A stretch of 32,000 nucleotides of DNA from positions 5,785,889 through 5,817,888 of the forward strand of contig NC_019697.1 of assembly GCF_000317145.1 (NCBI RefSeq), read 5' to 3'. This stretch comes from Chamaesiphon minutus PCC 6605. GTDB taxonomy: Bacteria > Cyanobacteriota > Cyanobacteriia > Cyanobacteriales > Chamaesiphonaceae. Below are positions 16,310 to 23,028 of the stretch, piece after piece (within the stretch, counting starts at the first letter, position 1; every line of letters starts with the position of its first letter). Under the pieces are notes generated by a model. That model did not search any database. It was not told the origin of the DNA and worked only from the letters and a program-made list of their open reading frames with translations. Both the position numbers and the translations under genes were made by a program.

Positions 16310-16918
16310 TTAGGCTTTTTTAGTTGCTAGTCCATCTAATAAAAAACCGACAAATACCGATGCAACCCCGTCATCGATCGAGGTGTTTTCTGGTAACAAC
16401 ATATTGGTTTGATAAGCGATCGAAATTACCGCGACTCCATGCACCATCGCCCAGATCGATTTCGTCATTTGGTGCGGATCGCCAGCAATTAAGGTGTGAT
16501 TTTCTTGCCCAGATTTAACCAGCTCGAATAAGCAGTTGAGGGCTACTTGCGAGGCTGCTAGCAAGCTCGGATATTTCTCGACTTCATAGGGACGAAACAT
16601 CACTTGCAAGTGGTTGGGACGATCGAGTGCAAAGCGGATATAGGCATTGCTGGCGGCAATTAATCGTCCATAAGTACTAGTATCTGCTGTCGCGATCGCC
16701 GACTCGATTTCCATTGCTAGTAGCCTAAAGCCTTCTTCGGCAATCTCTGCTAGCACGGCTTCTTTGTCGGCAAAATGCATATATGGTGCATTGTGGCTCA
16801 CCCCAGCTCTTTGCGCCATTTTCCGCAAACTGAGCGCGTGGGTACCTTCCTCTGCTAACAGTTCGGTGGCGACTTTTATTAACGTGTTGCGTAAATTTCC
16901 ATGATGATATTTAGCCAT
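16310..16918 (-). CDS. TetR/AcrR-family transcriptional regulator
   Basis: N-terminal HTH: HGNLRNTLIKVATELLAEEGTHALSLRKMAQRAGVSHNAPYMHFADKEAV. Confidence 0.85.
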   Translation of the reverse strand: MAKYHHGNLRNTLIKVATELLAEEGTHALSLRKMAQRAGVSHNAPYMHFADKEAVLAEIAEEGFRLLAMEIESAIATADTSTYGRLIAASNAYIRFALDRPNHLQVMFRPYEVEKYPSLLAASQVALNCLFELVKSGQENHTLIAGDPHQMTKSIWAMVHGVAVISIAYQTNMLLPENTSIDDGVASVFVGFLLDGLATKKA

Positions 16919-16930
16919 TTGCCGCTCCTT

Positions 16931-16974
16931 ATATTGACAGTGCCAATATGCAAGCGTTATATTGACACTGTCAA
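16931..16974. promoter_or_regulatory. Candidate operator/promoter element between the TetR and SRPBCC genes
   Basis: ATATTGACAGTG (16931-16942) and ATATTGACACTG (16959-16970) form a direct repeat. TTGACAGTG (16934-16942) and CACTGTCAA (16966-16974) form an inverted repeat. Each copy contains a TTGACA -35-like hexamer. Confidence 0.45.
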
Positions 16975-17052
16975 CTTAACATGTCTTTGTCGCCCGTGTT
17001 TGACGACAACGATCGCCACTAAGTTGGTTAGTGCCACACTGGAGGTAATGTC

Positions 17053-17463
17053 ATGAAGTTTAGTCACACGCTGAAAACGGCTGCTACACCAGAACGGATT
17101 TGGGCAATCTGGATCGATGTCGAAAATTGGTCGCAATGGGACACCGAATTAGTTGATGCCGATCTGGATGGTGCCTTTGTGCTGGGTGCGATCGGGAGAT
17201 TGAAGCCAAAAACAGGGCGAGTTAGTAAGTTCGAGATCTCGCAATTTAATCCCGGTAAGAGCTATACCTTTACGATCGGACTACCATTATGTAGTTTACA
17301 GGTGCATCGCTATTTGAGCGATCGAGTAGATGGGACATACTTCACCCACGAAGTATCATTTCAAGGGTTGCTCGGCTGGTTATTTGGCTTATTATTAGGC
17401 CGCAAGTTTCAATCGGTATTGCCCAGCGTGATGGCAAATGTAGCGCGAATTGCCGAAAGTTAG
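17053..17463 (+). CDS. SRPBCC (START/polyketide-cyclase-like) family protein
   Basis: 136 aa. PERIWAIWIDVENWSQWD near the N-terminus is the usual SRPBCC signature. The gene is divergent from a TetR gene. Confidence 0.7.
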   Translation: MKFSHTLKTAATPERIWAIWIDVENWSQWDTELVDADLDGAFVLGAIGRLKPKTGRVSKFEISQFNPGKSYTFTIGLPLCSLQVHRYLSDRVDGTYFTHEVSFQGLLGWLFGLLLGRKFQSVLPSVMANVARIAES

Positions 17464-17535
17464 CGTCGGCTCGATCGCCGTGGAGATGAATCCAGATGCG
17501 GTATACTTATTGGGGTTGACAAGTTTTAAAAAGTT

Positions 17536-18177
17536 TTGGGAATCGACCTGCGTAGTTACGTTTTTATCGATCGGTTGCAACGCCAACATGCTGCATATTT
17601 GGGGACTGAAGCCCAAGGTTTTTTGCCATTGCCAGCAGATTCCTCATTGTGGATCGAAGTTTCGCCTGGGGTCGAAATCAACCAAATGATGGACATCGCC
17701 CTCAAATCTGCCCAAGTCAGACCAGGAGTGCAGATCATCGAGCGGTTGTATGGATTGATGGAAATTCATGCTAGCAGTCAGGGTGACGTTCATGCCGCCG
17801 GACAGGCGATTTTGGCATATTTGGGAGTACGCCAGTCTGATTGTCTCAAGCCGCGCGTCATTTCGAGTCGGATCATTCGCAATATTACCGCCCATCATAC
17901 TCAGATGATCAACCGCAGTCGGCGGGGAAATATGATTCTGGCGGGACAAACGCTATATGTGTTGGAAGTAGAGCCTGCGGCATATGCGGCAATTGCAGCC
18001 AATGAAGCCGAAAAATCTGCATCGATTAATATCCTCCAAATTTCGGCTGTCGGTGTATTCGGGCGGCTATATTTGGGTGGTGAAGAACGGGATATTAAGG
18101 CGGCGGAGGCGGGAATTTTGGCATCGTTAGAGAGCTTACCGGGGCGTCCGTTTCCAGACAATGCGAAGCAGGAGTAG
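17536..18177 (+). CDS. ccmP: Beta-carboxysome shell protein CcmP (tandem BMC domain)
   Basis: 213 aa from TTG 17536. [23 protein letters not shown]...[18 protein letters not shown]...[18 protein letters not shown]...[48 protein letters not shown] closely tracks the CcmP sequence as I recall it, including the same length. Confidence 0.85.
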   Translation: MGIDLRSYVFIDRLQRQHAAYLGTEAQGFLPLPADSSLWIEVSPGVEINQMMDIALKSAQVRPGVQIIERLYGLMEIHASSQGDVHAAGQAILAYLGVRQSDCLKPRVISSRIIRNITAHHTQMINRSRRGNMILAGQTLYVLEVEPAAYAAIAANEAEKSASINILQISAVGVFGRLYLGGEERDIKAAEAGILASLESLPGRPFPDNAKQE

Positions 18178-18180
18178 GAA

Positions 18181-19050
18181 ATGGGTGTGAGTGCAGAAGA
18201 CATGTTGCGGCGTGGTGCGGTGGCATGGTTGAAGTGGCGACAGCAGCAGCTAGAAGTGCCAGATTTGAGCGATGCTAGCTTAATGGATTTGAATTTGCGC
18301 GGAGCAGATCTCCACGATGTCAATCTCCGCCGTGCGGATTTGAGTGGTGCTAAGTTGGTAGCGGCCAACTTGAGGGGGGCAAATCTCAGTAATGCGATCC
18401 TCGATCGAGCGGATCTGGTCGATGCTAATTTACAATCGATCGAGACGATCGCGGGTAGTGCCAAAGGTGCCGATTTACGGCGCGCGAATCTGAGTGGGGC
18501 GAATTTGATGGGCAGTAACTTTAGCTACACCGATTTGCGCGATGCCCATCTTGCAGCAGTAAATGCGATCGCGATCGATCTTACTGCTGCCAAGTTACGT
18601 GGCGCGGATCTCGATGGGATTAATTTACATCGTGCCACGCTCAGTTATGCCAATTTAGTCCAAACTAATTTAGCTAATGCCGATCTGACTCGATCGATAT
18701 TAGCGGAAACAGAACTCGGTTCGGCACATTTATATCGTGCTAATTTGACCGAAGCGCGGCTGAGTCGCGCGCATTTAGTCAGTGTTTATGCCGTATGCGC
18801 CAATTTCGATCGAGCCATGCTGGCTAATGCCGATCTCTCGTGGGCGCAATTGAACAAAACTATCTTTACAGGCGCGCAGCTTCAGCAGACAAAATTGCGA
18901 GGTGCCAATTTAGCTGGTGCCGATTTAACTGGTGCCGATTTAACTGGTGCCGATTTAACTAGTGCCAATCTCAGTTATACCAATCTCCAGCAGACGATCT
19001 TGGCAGATGCCGATTTGACTGAAACGGTGTTTACGGGAGCGATTCGATAG
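18181..19050 (+). CDS. Pentapeptide-repeat protein
   Basis: A(D/N)LxG/A pentads run through almost the whole 289 aa (ADLSGAKLVAANLRGANLSNAILDRADL...). The start is 3 nt after the ccmP stop, with AGGAG upstream. Confidence 0.9.
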   Translation: MGVSAEDMLRRGAVAWLKWRQQQLEVPDLSDASLMDLNLRGADLHDVNLRRADLSGAKLVAANLRGANLSNAILDRADLVDANLQSIETIAGSAKGADLRRANLSGANLMGSNFSYTDLRDAHLAAVNAIAIDLTAAKLRGADLDGINLHRATLSYANLVQTNLANADLTRSILAETELGSAHLYRANLTEARLSRAHLVSVYAVCANFDRAMLANADLSWAQLNKTIFTGAQLQQTKLRGANLAGADLTGADLTGADLTSANLSYTNLQQTILADADLTETVFTGAIR

Positions 19051-19130
19051 AGATTAGGGGGACGCTTGCCTCCAAGAATTCTCGATCCTCTGACTTCTCA
19101 AGCTGTCAGTCATTTAATTTATTTGTCTTC

Positions 19131-19151
19131 TCCCCGCTCCCCGCTCCCCGC
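19131..19151. repeat. Tandem heptamer (TCCCCGC x3)
   Basis: tccccgc tccccgc tccccgc. The complement gcggggagcggggga also occurs near 12811-12826. Confidence 0.8.
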
Positions 19152-19258
19152 ATTCAAGAGATCGAAAGGCAAGGGCAGCTCATCCACCAGATTTTACCGG
19201 ATTTACCACTCGACAGAGTGAAGTTATGAATTAGAGCACCCAATATCTCGATCTAATC

Positions 19259-20221
19259 ATGAACAAAGCTGTTATCGCTAGTATCGTCGCAGGCGGAATG
19301 TGGGGAAATATCGTGGCTCCGTCAGTGCCACCAGCAATGGCTCAAAGCCTTCCTAGCGTCCAACCAACAGCAACAACCCCAAATCCGATCGGGATCGAGT
19401 TATTAGATGCTGGAGCCGAACCTCGGCGAGAATTGAAATTTACACCAGCAATTAATAGTAAACAGACGATGACGATGACCATGGACATGTCGATGGAGAT
19501 GACCATCGGTGAAACACCGATTCCCAAGACACCGCTTCCCAAAATGGTCTTGAATGTGGATTCTACCGTCAAGCGTGTCGATCCTTCGGGCGATATTCAT
19601 TGTCAGTTTGCCTATAGCGATCTCCAAGCTATCGGTAATCCCGATACCGCACCAGAATTGTTGGCAGCCATTCAAAAGAGCCTCAAAAGTCTAGTCGGCA
19701 TCAAGCTAGACATGGTAATTGGCGGGAACGGACAGGTTAAGTCTAAAAAACTAATTATCCCCAAAACTGTCGATCCAAAACTGAAAAATCTTCTCGAACA
19801 ATTCGATCGATCGATGTCCGATCTGTCTACCCAACTACCGACAGAACGGGTTGGATTGGGTGCTAAATGGCGGATAAATAACTCGATAAAGATCTCTGGC
19901 ATCAATTTAGTGCAGTCGGCAACCTCTGAAATTGTCGAAATCGACAACATGGGAGTGAAAATTAAAACGCAGATGACCCAATCCGCGCCCCCACAAGACT
20001 TGAACATTCCAGGCACCACCCCAGACGTCAAAAGTCGGTTAACTTCGATGGCATCTAGCGGTGAAGGTAGCTATCTGCTACGCTTCAACTCGCTCTTACC
20101 CGTCACAGGCAAGTTCGCCGCCAAGACTGATAGCAAACTGTCCGTCCAATCTGGCTCCAAGGAACCACCCACCGATATGTCTACCAAAATCTCGATCGAT
20201 CTGGATTTTGATAGTAAGTAG
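19259..20221 (+). CDS. Exported hypothetical protein
   Basis: 320-aa ORF with an N-terminal signal-like segment MNKAVIASIVAGGMWGNIVAPSVPPAMAQ and a Met-rich patch MTMTMDMSMEMT. I recognise no family. A strong terminator follows the gene. Confidence 0.6.
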   Translation: MNKAVIASIVAGGMWGNIVAPSVPPAMAQSLPSVQPTATTPNPIGIELLDAGAEPRRELKFTPAINSKQTMTMTMDMSMEMTIGETPIPKTPLPKMVLNVDSTVKRVDPSGDIHCQFAYSDLQAIGNPDTAPELLAAIQKSLKSLVGIKLDMVIGGNGQVKSKKLIIPKTVDPKLKNLLEQFDRSMSDLSTQLPTERVGLGAKWRINNSIKISGINLVQSATSEIVEIDNMGVKIKTQMTQSAPPQDLNIPGTTPDVKSRLTSMASSGEGSYLLRFNSLLPVTGKFAAKTDSKLSVQSGSKEPPTDMSTKISIDLDFDSK

Positions 20222-20307
20222 GCTTTAGGCTTTAGGCTTTAGGCTTTAGGCTTTAGGCTTTAGGCTTTAGGCTTTAGGCTTTAGGCTTTAGGCTTTAGGC
20301 TTTAGGC
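20221..20307. repeat. STRR-like heptamer array (GGCTTTA, about 12 units)
   Basis: A perfect ggcttta tandem array starting at the last base of the stop codon of the preceding gene. The small palindrome GGCAGCG-t-CGCTGCC follows at 20305-20319. Confidence 0.95.
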
Positions 20308-20383
20308 AGCGTCGCTGCCGTGTTGGCAAGCAGATAACGAGCGTAATCTTACCCATTACCCATCCACCCATCTACTATTTTTT

Positions 20384-20414
20384 CAAGCAAATCCCGATTT
20401 GCTTGTTTTTTTTT
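20384..20414 (+). terminator. Rho-independent terminator
   Basis: CAAGCAAA (20384-20391) pairs with TTTGCTTG (20398-20405) around loop TCCCGA, followed by nine T residues (20406-20414). Confidence 0.7.
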
Positions 20415-20730
20415 GACTAGTTCTGGGAACAATAGTGATGTATGGATCGGGAACAGCTAAAATTTAGCTCTCGATCGGAGCTGAGTTTGTCGGAATAAGA
20501 TGTGGTGGATTGCGCTGCATTGAATACCTTTGACGATCTCGATCGCACCTATTTTATCGATCTCTATCTATAATAATTACCAAGTATTTACATCAGATTC
20601 TCGCCAAATTTAATTCACCTTAAGCTGCGGACACGCATCGATCGGCTATCGATTTTAAATATTTAATATATGAACGATTGCATGTAACTAACTAAATGAA
20701 TATCTTGAATAGAGTGATGGTGAACAGATA

Positions 20731-22023
20731 ATGTTGCAAGGTAGTGAAAAATCAGTCGAGCTTAGCTTTAAAGATCTAATTCTAGAACTAAAAAAGATTA
20801 AAACACAGTCTTTGAGTGGTAACTTGACTGTAAAAGTAGAAACCCACCCCAATTGGATGTTCTCATTTCGATTGGGACGTTTGGGCTGGGTCGATGGTGG
20901 CATTGAGCCAATTAGTTGTTGGCAAAGAAATTTAACTTTGGCCCAACTCGATTTACCTCCAGAGAAGCTAGCAGAAATTAATAATCCTAATAAGACTTCT
21001 TTAGATTCGCACGTTTTAGCAGAATTATTAGTTGAAGAACTAATCGATCGCGATAAGTGTGCTAATTTAGTTGCCAGAATGACTATCGAAAGTTTATTCG
21101 ATATCATTCAGTTCAGTCAGCATAGCGGCAATCGCTTATCTTATCAATTTAGTCAGATTGGAGCTAGTAATAGTCAGCTAAATCTAATTTTACCACTACT
21201 TGAAATCGAACCGATTCTGACTAAATCGATTCAAACATGGCAAGAATGGTCGAATGTAGGATTGGCAGCCTACGCGCCTAGTTTATTTGCCATTGTCTCT
21301 AAATCACTCGATGTTACTCAATTAGCAAACAACCCCGATTTGCATCATACCGTATTGTCGATCGATGGCAATCGTTCGCTTCGTAGTTTGGCAGCCAACA
21401 GTCGCCAATCGGTAATTAATTTCACGAGTACGCTGCTGCCTTTACTGCGTGCGGGTTTTATTAATTTATCGAGCCAATCTAAATCGAGAGTAACTAGAAT
21501 TAGTAGCTCAGATCTTACTACTAGCCAATTAAGCGGTCACCTCAGCAACCAACTGAGCAACCAACTAAGTAACCAACTAAGCAATCAAGTCGGCGATCGA
21601 TCTGGTATTCCCCAAAATCCACCCTTAGCAGCAATCCCATCAGAAAAACAGAGTCCATTAATTGCTTGTATTGACGATAGTATCTTGATTTATCAATCTC
21701 TCGAACGGATTTTGACAGAGCATGGCTATCGTTCGTATGGAGTGCAAGATCCGCTCAAAATTATGCCTAGCTTGATTAGAAACAAACCAGATTTTATTTT
21801 CTTGGATTTGTTGATGCCCATAACCAATGGGTATGAAGTCTGCGAACAAATTAGAAAAACGCCCAGTCTCAAACATATTCCCGTCATTATCTTGACTGGT
21901 AAAGATGGGTTGATCGATCGAATGAGATCGAAAATGGTTGGCGCGACTGGCTTTCTAGGTAAGCCAGTAGATGCAGATTCAGTTTTAAAAATGATCGATA
22001 AATATCTTGTTATAGGTAAATAA
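20731..22023 (+). CDS. PatA-type response regulator (N-terminal PATAN/DUF4388 domain plus C-terminal REC), PixG/PilG-like
   Basis: 430 aa. The C-terminal REC has PLIACIDDS, the phospho-acceptor context DFIFLDLLMP, IPVIILTGK and GFLGKP. The N-terminal ~250 aa have the layout of PatA-family regulators. It is the first gene of a tax-type cluster. Confidence 0.85.
   Translation: MLQGSEKSVELSFKDLILELKKIKTQSLSGNLTVKVETHPNWMFSFRLGRLGWVDGGIEPISCWQRNLTLAQLDLPPEKLAEINNPNKTSLDSHVLAELLVEELIDRDKCANLVARMTIESLFDIIQFSQHSGNRLSYQFSQIGASNSQLNLILPLLEIEPILTKSIQTWQEWSNVGLAAYAPSLFAIVSKSLDVTQLANNPDLHHTVLSIDGNRSLRSLAANSRQSVINFTSTLLPLLRAGFINLSSQSKSRVTRISSSDLTTSQLSGHLSNQLSNQLSNQLSNQVGDRSGIPQNPPLAAIPSEKQSPLIACIDDSILIYQSLERILTEHGYRSYGVQDPLKIMPSLIRNKPDFIFLDLLMPITNGYEVCEQIRKTPSLKHIPVIILTGKDGLIDRMRSKMVGATGFLGKPVDADSVLKMIDKYLVIGK
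21541..21588 (+). repeat. Intragenic 12-nt tandem repeat encoding (LSNQ)x4 in the PatA-type regulator linker
   Basis: ctcagcaaccaa ctgagcaaccaa ctaagtaaccaa ctaagcaatcaa. Confidence 0.85.
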
Positions 22024-22025
22024 TT

Positions 22026-22388
22026 ATGAGTCAGATTTTAATCGTTGAAGATAGTAAGTTAGAAGCAGATAAACTTAAGAAATGTTTGGAAGGACAAGGG
22101 TTTTCTATTCTTGTAGTTACAAGTGGTGAAGAAGCCGAAATTAGGCTTAAAACATTTAAGCCTAATTTAATCGTACTAGATGTGATTTTACCTGGTGAAA
22201 GTGGCTTCGAGCTATGTCGAAAACTCAAAACCGAACCCGCTACTCAAAGTATCCCGATCGTGATTTATTCGACTAAAGATAAGCAAATCGATCGCACTTG
22301 GGGAGATATGAGCGGTGCTGATGCTTATCTGAGTAAAACTGTCGATGAGCCAACTCTATTACAAACAGTCAATCGCTTATTGGGTTGA
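22026..22388 (+). CDS. CheY-like single-domain response regulator (PixH/PilH-like)
   Basis: 120 aa. QILIVEDS, LIVLDVILPG, IPIVIYSTK and ADAYLSKT are the canonical REC residues. Confidence 0.9.
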   Translation: MSQILIVEDSKLEADKLKKCLEGQGFSILVVTSGEEAEIRLKTFKPNLIVLDVILPGESGFELCRKLKTEPATQSIPIVIYSTKDKQIDRTWGDMSGADAYLSKTVDEPTLLQTVNRLLG

Positions 22389-22418
22389 AATAAGATTCAG
22401 ATTTATGAGTGATAAATT

Positions 22419-22943
22419 ATGAGTAAAATTATCGATCGAGCGTCACCATCTTCGAGCAGCCAACAACTGTTGGCTCGTCAATCTGAATCTGATGCCCAGG
22501 AGCGGTTTCTCGGTTTTACGATCGGCGATGATTTAAATGCTTTGATTCCGTTAATCGATCTTCAGGCGACTATCAAAATTTTATTGTCAGAAATTTTGCC
22601 AGTACCACAAATGCACGAATCATTACTGGGCATTATTAATTATGGTGGTAAAGCTACTTGGGTACTAGATTTAGCACATCTGATGGGTGGCAATGGTTAC
22701 CTCAAGACCCCAGAGTTGACAACTGGAATGGGGATGTTATTTCAGATCCACAATGAAACGGTCGCCATGTTAATCGATCGAGTCGGGACGATCGAAACAT
22801 ACAATTTCCAACAATGCTTGCCGATTGGTGAAACCATGTTTACCGAGCAAATGCGGCTATTTTTAGCTGGCTATTTTATCGATGAGAAACAACAGTCGCG
22901 AGTAGTTATCGATCTTCAGCAGGTAATTCGCGCCATTATTTAG
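22419..22943 (+). CDS. CheW-like coupling protein (PixI/PilI-like)
   Basis: 174 aa. RFLGFTIGDDLNALIPLIDLQATI, LLGIINYGGKATWVLDLAHLMG and AMLIDRVGTIE fit the CheW fold pattern. Confidence 0.85.
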   Translation: MSKIIDRASPSSSSQQLLARQSESDAQERFLGFTIGDDLNALIPLIDLQATIKILLSEILPVPQMHESLLGIINYGGKATWVLDLAHLMGGNGYLKTPELTTGMGMLFQIHNETVAMLIDRVGTIETYNFQQCLPIGETMFTEQMRLFLAGYFIDEKQQSRVVIDLQQVIRAII

Positions 22944-23028
22944 ATTGAAATAGTTACATCGAAAGAATACCTAAACCTATCACGATTCGGTAGATAAAAA
23001 CTAGTAGTTATTACATAAAAATATTGCC

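Noticed and set aside
17901-18464. 187-aa minus-strand ORF across the ccmP / pentapeptide-repeat junction
   Set aside because: It is an Ala/Arg/Ser-rich antisense product of the repetitive pentapeptide coding sequence. It conflicts with two confidently assigned genes.
19051-19130. Possible terminator after the pentapeptide-repeat gene (CTGAC...GTCAG)
   Set aside because: The stem is only 5 bp with no T-tract, which is not distinguishable from chance.
19342-20031. Minus-strand ORFs of 76, 90 and 119 aa inside the exported-protein gene
   Set aside because: They are mutually overlapping shadows of the longer 320-aa plus-strand frame, which has a signal peptide and a terminator.
20221-20307. 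Heptamer arrays considered as CRISPR-like arrays
   Set aside because: The units are 7-8 nt and directly abutting, with no spacers, and no cas genes are present. They are STRR-type microsatellites, not CRISPR.
20688-21107. 139-aa minus-strand ORF overlapping the start of the PatA-type regulator
   Set aside because: It is an AT-rich, Ser/Ile/Leu-biased shadow ORF. The plus-strand frame has recognisable domain structure and operon context.
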